DNA from: a virus
DNA length: 64,000 nucleotides
Strand: one strand, 5' to 3'
Virus record (IMG/VR): IMGVR_UViG_3300045988_175656
Every line of letters starts with the position of its first letter. Within the stretch, counting starts at the first letter, position 1. Both the position numbers and the translations under genes were made by a program. Shown here piece after piece: positions 26,618 through 34,263 of this stretch. Below the pieces are notes generated by a model. The model saw only the letters and a list, made by a program, of their open reading frames with translations, searched no databases and was not told the DNA's origin.

Positions 26618-26659
26618 AAAACCATTTGTCTGTGAAGATAGATGGTTTTTATTTTTTTT
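26618..26659 (+). terminator. rho-independent terminator
   Basis: A 13-bp stem (AAAACCATTTGTC/GATAGATGGTTTT, with 2 G-U pairs) followed by a long T-run. Confidence 0.65.
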
Positions 26660-26694
26660 AACTAATAAAATTTTGATATTATGAGAAAATATAC

Positions 26695-26702
26695 TATATT
26701 TG
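26695..26702 (+). promoter_or_regulatory. Bacteroidota-type -7 promoter box
   Basis: ACTATATTTGCATAAG upstream of the ATG at 26745. Confidence 0.5.
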
Positions 26703-26744
26703 CATAAGAATAATAAAACAAAAAATAAAATTAATTATTGAAAA

Positions 26745-27299
26745 ATGGAAAAAGAAAAATCATCTAAAAATTATACCATTATTGGTATTATTATTGCAAT
26801 TGTGTTTATAATTGGTATTGGATTTGCAATGAATATTAATTATAGCAACAAAGAAGTTAAACTGACTAATCAGTTTAATATGGAGATGAAAAATCGTGAA
26901 GCAACTTTTGACAATATGTTTAAAGTAGTTAACCAAACAGCACAAGTTGCTGAAAAGTACAAAGAATCGTTTAAAGACATTTATGTTCACATTACATCTG
27001 AAAGATATAGTAAAGATGATGGTGTATTAATGAAATGGATTCAAGAAAGTAACCCTAATTTTGATAGTAAATTATATGACAAACTAGCGTCTGAAATTGA
27101 GATTAAAAGGCAAGAATTTCTAATGGTTCAAAGAAAACTTATGGATATTGAGAACCAACATAATAATTTACTTGATATGATTCCTTCTTCATGGTTTTTA
27201 AGTGGTAAACAACGTCTTGAATATAAAGTAATTAGTTCAACTCGTTCTAAACAAGTTATGGAAACTGGTGTAGAAGATGATATTGATTTATTCAACTAA
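26745..27299 (+). CDS. membrane-anchored protein, LemA-like topology (paralog family with 57148 and 57955)
   Basis: N-terminal TM helix. It shares K.REATFDNMF..(N)..K.I.ESNPNFD.. with the two downstream paralogs. Confidence 0.55.
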   Translation: MEKEKSSKNYTIIGIIIAIVFIIGIGFAMNINYSNKEVKLTNQFNMEMKNREATFDNMFKVVNQTAQVAEKYKESFKDIYVHITSERYSKDDGVLMKWIQESNPNFDSKLYDKLASEIEIKRQEFLMVQRKLMDIENQHNNLLDMIPSSWFLSGKQRLEYKVISSTRSKQVMETGVEDDIDLFN

Positions 27300-27312
27300 A
27301 TAAATAAACCGT

Positions 27313-27621
27313 ATGATTTTTTTATTAATTGTCTTATTTGCAACATTCATTTATATAATTACAGTACTATTAATTTGTATTGATAGATACAGATTTTTCA
27401 GTGGTGGAAAAATAAAAGATTATTTTAATGAAGAATATTATGGAGATTCTTTATACTCTGATGAAATAACAAAGATTGCAACATTTATGCCATTTATAAA
27501 CGTTTTATTTGCTTTTATTAGATGTATATATTTGTTTGTTGAACTTATAAAATGGATTTTAACCAAAATTGGTGTTACAAAATGGTATAATCATTTTATT
27601 AATTTAGATTTAAAAAAATGA
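27313..27621 (+). CDS. small two-TM protein (tandem triplet member 1)
   Basis: About 100 aa with the layout TM, acidic loop, TM, basic tail. ATGA overlap with the next gene. Confidence 0.5.
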   Translation: MIFLLIVLFATFIYIITVLLICIDRYRFFSGGKIKDYFNEEYYGDSLYSDEITKIATFMPFINVLFAFIRCIYLFVELIKWILTKIGVTKWYNHFINLDLKK

Positions 27622-27914
27622 GTAAAATTTTATATGTAATATTAATAGCATATATATTACCAACAATTATATCAACAATTGGATTTTATCTTTATGATTT
27701 TAAAGGTCATACAATAGGAGAATTTTGTGAATATCTTACAACAGAAGAAGATGACATGAAACCATTACCTTTTATAGTATGTCCTGTGGTTAATATATTA
27801 TTTGGTATTATTGCAATAATAATCATATGTACCAATATAATAATATTACCAATAAAGATATTAAATAAGAAATATAAACTTTGGAGCAAAATACAAAAAA
27901 TTAGAATAAAATGA
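27618..27914 (+). CDS. small two-TM protein (tandem triplet member 2)
   Basis: It shares GH/ETIGEF...., the second TM, and the KKY/FK.W.KI..I/LKIK tail with member 3. Confidence 0.55.
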   Translation: MSKILYVILIAYILPTIISTIGFYLYDFKGHTIGEFCEYLTTEEDDMKPLPFIVCPVVNILFGIIAIIIICTNIIILPIKILNKKYKLWSKIQKIRIK

Positions 27915-28228
27915 TAACAGATATAATATTTTTAATAATATATTTTTATATTATTCCTTTTATAATTGTAATTGCTGGATATTATATAGATTTTGAAGGA
28001 GAAACATTAGGGGAATTTAAAGAAGATATGTTTTTTATGGATGAACATGCTGATGACCCAGTATCAAAATTTATGCAATCCACAATACCTGGTATGAACA
28101 TAATAGTAGCATTTATATTTTTAGTTATTGGTATTCATAGATGTATAAAATTCCCATTTAAGATTATTAATAAAAAGTTTGATGTTTGGAATAAAATTAA
28201 AAATTTAAAGATTAAAAAACATATATAA
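27911..28228 (+). CDS. small two-TM protein (tandem triplet member 3)
   Basis: Clear paralog of 27618..27914, with an ATGA overlap. Confidence 0.55.
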   Translation: MITDIIFLIIYFYIIPFIIVIAGYYIDFEGETLGEFKEDMFFMDEHADDPVSKFMQSTIPGMNIIVAFIFLVIGIHRCIKFPFKIINKKFDVWNKIKNLKIKKHI

Positions 28229-29394
28229 TGGAATATCTAATTTTAATTATACCTGTTATTGCTGCTATAATACTAGCTGTAAAATTTAGAGAACAAACTG
28301 TGTGGTGGGAATATGGGTTATTGTTAATTCCATCAATTATTATTGTATTTACTCTTAAATTTTCGTTTGAAGCTTATGAGACTTCAACTAAAGAATATTT
28401 AAGTTATTACTATGTAAAAGCTCGTCATACTGATGAATGGAATGAATGGATTCATAAGACGTGTACTAGACGAGTTCCTAATGGTAGAGATTCTAAAGGA
28501 AATACTACATATCGAACTGAAACTTATGATTGTTCTTATTGTCAAACACACCCTGAAAGATGGATTTTAATTGATAATACAGGCAATGAAATTTATACTA
28601 ATAAGACCACTTTTGATAGAGTAAGAACAAAATGGAAAGCTCCAATGGTTTTTGTGGATATGAATAGGCATTATTACACAAAAGACGGAGATGCACAAGA
28701 TTATTATTGGGATAAACAAGAAATGACTGCTGAGACTTATACAGTTGCAAAATCTTATTCTAATAAAATTAGAGCTTCTAGGTCAGTTTTTAATTTTAAA
28801 GAAATTAGTAAAAACGAAGCTAAAGAATTAGGTTTATATGATTACCCTGAAATTATAAATGACCATCAAAACCCTCTTATTGGATATAAAAATCCACGTT
28901 CAATTGATATTAATAGATTAAGATATATTAATGCTCTTTATGGTAAAACAAAACAATTTAGAACATTTGTTATAGTATTCTATGATAAACCTGCATCCAT
29001 AGCTGAAATGCAAAGGTCTTATTGGTTTGGTGGGAATAAAAATGAATTTGTAACATGTGTGGGAATAAATTCTCAAACAAATGAAGTTGATTGGGTTAAT
29101 GTTTTTAACTGGTTAGAAACTCCAAAAATGAATGTTGAATGTGAATATTATTTTTCAGGTAAAAAATATTTTGACCCATGTGAATATGCTGATTGGATTC
29201 ATAATAATATTAATCAATGGCAAAGAAGAGAGTTTAAAGATTTTGATTATCTTGAAGTAGAATTATCTGACACACAATATATGTGGATGTTTATCATTAC
29301 ATTAATGTATAGTATTGGGATTTCTATATTCATTGTTATGAACAATGCAAGAAATGATGAAAAAAACTATAAAAGAAATCGTTACAGATATTGA
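28228..29394 (+). CDS. membrane protein (TM helices at both ends)
   Basis: 388-aa ORF with a TAATG overlap. The soluble central part contains CSYCQTHPERW. Confidence 0.6.
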   Translation: MEYLILIIPVIAAIILAVKFREQTVWWEYGLLLIPSIIIVFTLKFSFEAYETSTKEYLSYYYVKARHTDEWNEWIHKTCTRRVPNGRDSKGNTTYRTETYDCSYCQTHPERWILIDNTGNEIYTNKTTFDRVRTKWKAPMVFVDMNRHYYTKDGDAQDYYWDKQEMTAETYTVAKSYSNKIRASRSVFNFKEISKNEAKELGLYDYPEIINDHQNPLIGYKNPRSIDINRLRYINALYGKTKQFRTFVIVFYDKPASIAEMQRSYWFGGNKNEFVTCVGINSQTNEVDWVNVFNWLETPKMNVECEYYFSGKKYFDPCEYADWIHNNINQWQRREFKDFDYLEVELSDTQYMWMFIITLMYSIGISIFIVMNNARNDEKNYKRNRYRY

Positions 29395-29396
29395 TT

Positions 29397-29768
29397 ATGG
29401 AAACAATAAATGAAAATACACGCATTTGCCCTTTATGCGGAAAAAAAATTCATTACAGAAACGTTTATGAAGATGGTTCTGATTGGTTAGGTCATCAAAG
29501 AGGGTCATCAAAATCATATACTATTGGTTATGAATGTACATGTGATAACATCAAATTTAAAAAAATGTGTTTAAATTGTTCGTTTTACCAAGCTGATACT
29601 TGTATCAATAAAAGTGTAATTGAAAAATATAAAAACACTATTGAGACACTTGATAGTCCTTTTTCAGTTGAAAAAATTTCAATTACTGTAAAAAAACCAA
29701 CTAATGCCTGTGATTGTTGGAAAGTTAATTCTGAAATTATTTCAAGAATTTTTAAGCAAACAATTTAA
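29397..29768 (+). CDS. Cys-rich zinc-finger-like protein
   Basis: First ATG (the track start at 29391 is a TTG). It contains CPLCGKK and several further Cys pairs. Confidence 0.5.
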   Translation: METINENTRICPLCGKKIHYRNVYEDGSDWLGHQRGSSKSYTIGYECTCDNIKFKKMCLNCSFYQADTCINKSVIEKYKNTIETLDSPFSVEKISITVKKPTNACDCWKVNSEIISRIFKQTI

Positions 29769-29802
29769 AACCTATTTATTATAAGTAAAAACATATAATA
29801 AT

Positions 29803-30378
29803 ATGGCAAACACATTAAAAGTTACAAGAAAAATTTTAGAAAATATAGTAGAAAATACCATTAATGAAGTAATGAATGAAATAACTGCTTATCATGGAAC
29901 TGATGCTAATTTTGATAATTTTGATTTAGCATATATGGGAACAGGAGCAGGTAAACAAGATTATGGATATGGTATCTACTTATCAATACTCCCTGATGGT
30001 ACACAACAATATGGTAAAAATGCTTATACAGTTGAAATCCCAAGTGATAACAAAAAATATTTAATAGCAGATAAAGTTTATTCTCCATCTTTTGTTAATA
30101 AACTTAAAAATAAACTTTATCAACTTATTATCACACAAGATGATACCTATAAAGGTGCAGAAAAAGAATTAATGCAAGATTTGAATATTACCTTCAATGA
30201 TATTGATGGCACTAGTATATATGGCAGCATTGAAACTTATTTAGGAAGTGATAAAAGAACTTCAGAATTCCTTTACTCAATGGGTTTTATTGGTCTTAAA
30301 TATCGCAATGGAAAATATGAGAATGTAGTTATGTTTAACCCGAAAGATATTAAAATTATAAATAAGAAATTGGGATAA
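29803..30378 (+). CDS. hypothetical protein, possibly an H-Y-E type ADP-ribosyltransferase fold
   Basis: AYHGTDANFDNFD...GYGIYLS resembles the HG[ST]..F..F....G.G.Y start of ART-PolyVal-like domains and of Tpt1 (compare LYHGT in 61116..61643). Confidence 0.55.
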   Translation: MANTLKVTRKILENIVENTINEVMNEITAYHGTDANFDNFDLAYMGTGAGKQDYGYGIYLSILPDGTQQYGKNAYTVEIPSDNKKYLIADKVYSPSFVNKLKNKLYQLIITQDDTYKGAEKELMQDLNITFNDIDGTSIYGSIETYLGSDKRTSEFLYSMGFIGLKYRNGKYENVVMFNPKDIKIINKKLG

Positions 30379-30424
30379 ACAATAAAAATATCTATTAAAA
30401 TTTGCATTTTAAAAAATATAGTCG

Positions 30425-30432
30425 TATATTTG
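30425..30432 (+). promoter_or_regulatory. Bacteroidota-type -7 promoter box
   Basis: GTCGTATATTTGCATTG upstream of the OmpA-like gene. Confidence 0.5.
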
Positions 30433-30482
30433 CATTGCTTTTGAAAAAGAGCAATATTGTTTAATTAAAAAATAGATTAAAA

Positions 30483-31580
30483 ATGAAAAAAATTATTTTA
30501 TTATTAATGGCACTAGTACTTACTGTTAGTATTAATGCGCAAGAAAAAGCAGTTAAAACAAGTCAAGTGACTGATAATGTTTTTGTTGGTATTAATGGTG
30601 GTGGTTCATGGTCATTAATGAATAGAGATTCCAAATTCTGGAACAATGTCAATCCAATGGCTACAATTAATGTAGGACGTTACATTACCCCAATAACAGG
30701 TTTACAAGTTTCATTTGAAGCTGGAGCAAGAGAAGGTGGCAGATGTTTCATAGACCATACTAATTTGACTTTAGATGGTTTATTAAATATGTCAAACCTA
30801 TTTGGTGGATATAAAGGCTCACCACGTGTATTTGAAGTTGTTGGTGTGTTAGGTGGTGGTTGGTTTCACACTTATGGTAATGTAAGTAATAGTGCTTCTG
30901 TTAAAGGTGCTGTTGAACTTAATTTCAATCTTGGGAAAGAAAAAGCATGGCAATTAAATATTATCCCAAGTTATACTTATTTACCTGCAAAAGCAATTGA
31001 AAATTCTTATGTAGCTCTTTCAGCAGGTTTTACTTATAAGTTTAGAAATAGCAACAATACACATAATTTTGTATTAGTGGATGTAAGAAATCAAAGCGAA
31101 ATTGATTTGCTTAATCAACAAATTAATGCTTTACGTGAAAAAGCTGAATTGTTAGCTAAACAAAACGAAGAAAATAGTTCTTTGATTAAGGAACAAATGA
31201 AAACCATTGAAGAATTGACTAAATGTTGCCAAAAAGCAAGAGAAACAAAACAAGTAGTTTCTTTGACTAATATGGTATCATTTGAGATTGGTAAAGCTAA
31301 AGTTGATGAACTTCAAATGGCTAATTTGTCTCAAATTGCTAAAGTATTGAATGAAAATTCAGATTTAAACATTGAAATTAAGGGATATGCTGATAAAGAT
31401 ACTGGTACAGCAGAACTTAACCAAAAACTTTCTGAACAACGTGCTTTAAATGTTAAAAATGTGTTAGTAAATACATTTAATATTGATGAAAAGCGCATTT
31501 TAACAGTTGGAGTAGGGGCTACTGAACAACTCTTTGATGAAAACAATTGGAATCGTGTTGCAATCTTTGTTAGTAAGTAA
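30483..31580 (+). CDS. OmpA-family outer-membrane protein
   Basis: Signal peptide MKKIILLLMALVLTVSINAQE and an N-terminal half with beta-barrel character. A coiled coil follows, then a C-terminal OmpA-like domain (IEIKGYADKDTGTAELNQKLSEQRALNV). Confidence 0.75.
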   Translation: MKKIILLLMALVLTVSINAQEKAVKTSQVTDNVFVGINGGGSWSLMNRDSKFWNNVNPMATINVGRYITPITGLQVSFEAGAREGGRCFIDHTNLTLDGLLNMSNLFGGYKGSPRVFEVVGVLGGGWFHTYGNVSNSASVKGAVELNFNLGKEKAWQLNIIPSYTYLPAKAIENSYVALSAGFTYKFRNSNNTHNFVLVDVRNQSEIDLLNQQINALREKAELLAKQNEENSSLIKEQMKTIEELTKCCQKARETKQVVSLTNMVSFEIGKAKVDELQMANLSQIAKVLNENSDLNIEIKGYADKDTGTAELNQKLSEQRALNVKNVLVNTFNIDEKRILTVGVGATEQLFDENNWNRVAIFVSK

Positions 31581-31601
31581 TATTGATACAACTAAACATA
31601 T

Positions 31602-31638
31602 AAAAAAGGTGAGTATAAAGTTTATACTCACCTTTTTT
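31602..31638 (+). terminator. rho-independent terminator
   Basis: AAAAAAGGTGAGTAT-aaagttt-ATACTCACCTTTTTT. Confidence 0.8.
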
Positions 31639-31681
31639 ATATTATTAACAGTTATTATTTTAATAATACCAATTAAAATAT

Positions 31682-31689
31682 TATATTTG
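31682..31689 (+). promoter_or_regulatory. Bacteroidota-type -7 promoter box for the effector gene
   Basis: TTATATTTGCATTG lies 24 nt upstream of the ATG at 31714. Confidence 0.55.
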
Positions 31690-31713
31690 CATTGAAATAA
31701 TAAATAAAACAAT

Positions 31714-33372
31714 ATGGAAAATAGTATTTATGTACTTGAATTACCTTTAAAAGTTGAGAAATGGCAAGAAGATATTATGGTTAAACGCTTTAATTTATTG
31801 CGTATATTATACAATAATATTCTTCATAAATATGAACTTAGATATAACCAATTAATTAAGATTAAAGAATATCGTGAAGCTAAAACTAAGTTATATAATT
31901 TAGATGCAAAAAAAGAAATTAAGGCTAAGATAAAAGCAATAGAAAAAGAACTAGGCAAAAAAAATGCTATCAACAATGAAAACTATAATCTATTAATTAA
32001 TGAGTTAAAAACTATTTCTTGCACATTATCTGAAAATGATAAAAAAACATATAAAGATATTAAATCTAATTTAGAAAAACAATTTGGCTTCACTGAATAT
32101 GGAATTTATGGCAAATGTAATGAAGGTATAGGGTGGAATATAGCTCAATATGCTAAAAATTGTGGTATAAATTCAACAATCATAGAAAGAATGTGCAAAA
32201 AAAACGTATGGAAATCAATTGAAGGTTTTTTATTTAAAGGGAAAAAAATTCATTATAAGAAATATAATGAATTTAATTCATTATATGGAACTAATGTTTC
32301 TAAAGTATTAACAGGAATAAGTTTTGATGGTAAATGTGTATATTGGAGAAAATCAGGTAAAAAAAATAATAAAGGAGTATATTCTGATATTGTTTTACCA
32401 ATCAATAAAACTGTAAACGAATATGAAGCTCAGGCATTGTCCAATGAAATTGCATATGTTGGTATTATTAGAAAAATAATTAGAGGGAAAAATAAATTTT
32501 ATGCTCAAATTACATTAAAAGGCTGTTTGCCAAGTAAAATAGATAAATCAACTAATTTATTTCGTAAACCTGCTATTGGACGAGTTGGGCTTGATATTGG
32601 AACATCAACACTTGCAATAGCTTCTAATTCAAAAGTTGAATTATTAGAACTTGCTGACAAAGCACAACCTAATGAAAACAAAATTAAAATCATACAACGA
32701 AAAATAGATAGGAGTATTCGTAAAAATAACCCTAATAAATTTAATGAAAATGGTACTATTAATATTTCAAATAAAAATAAATGGGTTATTTCTAAAAATT
32801 GTCAGAAATTAAAATTGAAGCTAAAAGAAATGTACAGAAAATTATCAGTAATACGAAAATTGCAACATGAAGAATTAGCTAATCATATAATTTCATTAGG
32901 AAACGAATGTTATATTGAGACTATGAGATGGAAAGGCTTACAAAAAAGGTCACAAAATGATGATATTAATAATAATGGAAAACCAAAAAAGAAAAAACGC
33001 TTTGGAAAAAGTATTAGTAATAGAGCACCATCACAATTAACAACTATTTTATCTAACAAATTGAACAATTATGGTTACAAATTATATCTAATAGATACAA
33101 CAAAATGTAGAGCTAGTCAATATAATCATATAACAAAAGAGTATAATAAAAAATCTTTAAATGAAAGATGGAATATTATGCCAAATGGTGATAAAATTCA
33201 AAGAGATTTATATTCAGCTTTTTTAATCCAAAATATTAATGATACATTGGATGGCTTTAATGAAAAATTATTAAATGATAATTATGATAACTTTAAAGTT
33301 ATGCATAATAAAGAGATTGAAAGATTAAGATTAATACCAAAGAAAAAATTATCGTCAATGGGAATTAAATAA
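31714..33372 (+). CDS. TnpB-like / compact Cas12-like RuvC nuclease (candidate type V CRISPR effector, 552 aa)
   Basis: TnpB-style N-terminus (YVLELPLKVEKWQEDIMVKRFNLLRILYNNIL). The split RuvC motifs are RVGLD(294)IGTSTLAIAS, ECYIE(402)TMRWKGLQ and SQ..(R)..IQRD(498)LYSAFLIQN. A CRISPR array starts 244 nt downstream on the same strand. Confidence 0.75.
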   Translation: MENSIYVLELPLKVEKWQEDIMVKRFNLLRILYNNILHKYELRYNQLIKIKEYREAKTKLYNLDAKKEIKAKIKAIEKELGKKNAINNENYNLLINELKTISCTLSENDKKTYKDIKSNLEKQFGFTEYGIYGKCNEGIGWNIAQYAKNCGINSTIIERMCKKNVWKSIEGFLFKGKKIHYKKYNEFNSLYGTNVSKVLTGISFDGKCVYWRKSGKKNNKGVYSDIVLPINKTVNEYEAQALSNEIAYVGIIRKIIRGKNKFYAQITLKGCLPSKIDKSTNLFRKPAIGRVGLDIGTSTLAIASNSKVELLELADKAQPNENKIKIIQRKIDRSIRKNNPNKFNENGTINISNKNKWVISKNCQKLKLKLKEMYRKLSVIRKLQHEELANHIISLGNECYIETMRWKGLQKRSQNDDINNNGKPKKKKRFGKSISNRAPSQLTTILSNKLNNYGYKLYLIDTTKCRASQYNHITKEYNKKSLNERWNIMPNGDKIQRDLYSAFLIQNINDTLDGFNEKLLNDNYDNFKVMHNKEIERLRLIPKKKLSSMGIK

Positions 33373-33411
33373 TTTTAACTATAATAATTTTGAAATTTAA
33401 AAAATAAGTTG

Positions 33412-33419
33412 TATATTTG
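33412..33419 (+). promoter_or_regulatory. Bacteroidota-type -7 promoter box driving leader/CRISPR array
   Basis: AGTTGTATATTTGCAATG lies 40 nt after the effector stop and about 197 nt before the first repeat. Confidence 0.55.
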
Positions 33420-33425
33420 CAATGT

Positions 33426-33615
33426 AATAAAAAACAAGATTTGTTATCTTGGTCATCGTTAATGAGAACATTGGTTTTCTTGATGACGAATTTATTAAAT
33501 CGAATTAAGATTAGTTTTATTGAACTATGTGTGTCAATTTAGAAAATTTTATATTAGATTTAATATATACGATTATATCATAAATAATTGGTTATTAGCT
33601 ATTTGTTGAAGATGT
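33426..33615 (+). ncRNA. CRISPR leader transcript / candidate tracrRNA-like scaffold
   Basis: Non-coding stretch downstream of the promoter. It holds adjacent stem-loops (CAAGAT/ATCTTG at 33435-33451; GTCATC..GAGAA/TTCTT..GATGAC at 33452-33487). The 11-nt TATATCATAAA (33574-33584) is exactly complementary to repeat positions 4-14. Confidence 0.3.
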
Positions 33616-34241
33616 GCTGTTTATGATATATAAATATATTGTATAAACAGGTTCGGTAATGATAACATCATCATCAAATGTGCTGTTTATGATATATAAA
33701 TATATTGTATAAACAGGAATATGGTATAGCAGGTGTGTTATTTGCCACTGTTTATGATATATAAATATATTGTATAAACAGGAGCAACGATTTTCAACGC
33801 AAAGGGCGCACGGCTGTTTATGATATATAAATATATTGTATAAACAGGATAACGTTCTTTAGTCTTATCTCCATAAGAGCTGTTTATGACATATAAATAT
33901 ATTGTATAAACAGGCAAGTATCGTTTATGGTTCTTGTAGCTATTGCTGTTTATGATATATAAATATATTGTATAAACAGGAAGTCAGTTTGTATGTTGTT
34001 CTTCCTCTCTGCTATTTATGACATATAAATGTATTGTATAAACAGGAGAAAAGGTATCTGGAGCGAAAAAGAATACGTTGTTTATGATATATAAAATATA
34101 TTGTATAAAACAAGCAAGAAATGTAGTGTGATTGATTTTTTTCTGTTGTTTATGATATATAAAATATATTGTATAAACAAGAATAGTGATGAACGCAGCC
34201 ACACTTGCTGTTTATGATATATGAGTTTATTATATAAACAG
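33616..34241 (+). CRISPR. CRISPR array, 10 repeats / 9 spacers
   Basis: Consensus is (G)CTGTTTATGATATATAAATATATTGTATAAACAG(G). Repeat starts are 33617, 33683, 33748, 33814, 33880, 33946, 34012, 34078, 34146 and 34208, giving a period of 65-66 nt. The spacers are unique, and repeats 7-10 are progressively degenerate. Confidence 0.93.
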
Positions 34242-34263
34242 AGAATTAATCAGATATTTATTT

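Noticed and set aside
31714-33372. The possibility that the RuvC ORF is simply an IS200/IS605-family TnpB inside an insertion sequence.
   Set aside because: No TnpA (Y1 transposase) is adjacent, and I could not see sub-terminal LE/RE hairpins. The 3' flank carries a promoter followed by a genuine repeat-spacer array rather than a single omega-RNA guide. A recent TnpB origin is still likely and is noted in the findings.
33611-33682. The shared ATGTG immediately upstream of repeats 1 and 2, as a hint that the repeat is longer.
   Set aside because: Repeats 3-10 do not share it, although a single G before the repeat is common. A 5-nt coincidence is not significant.
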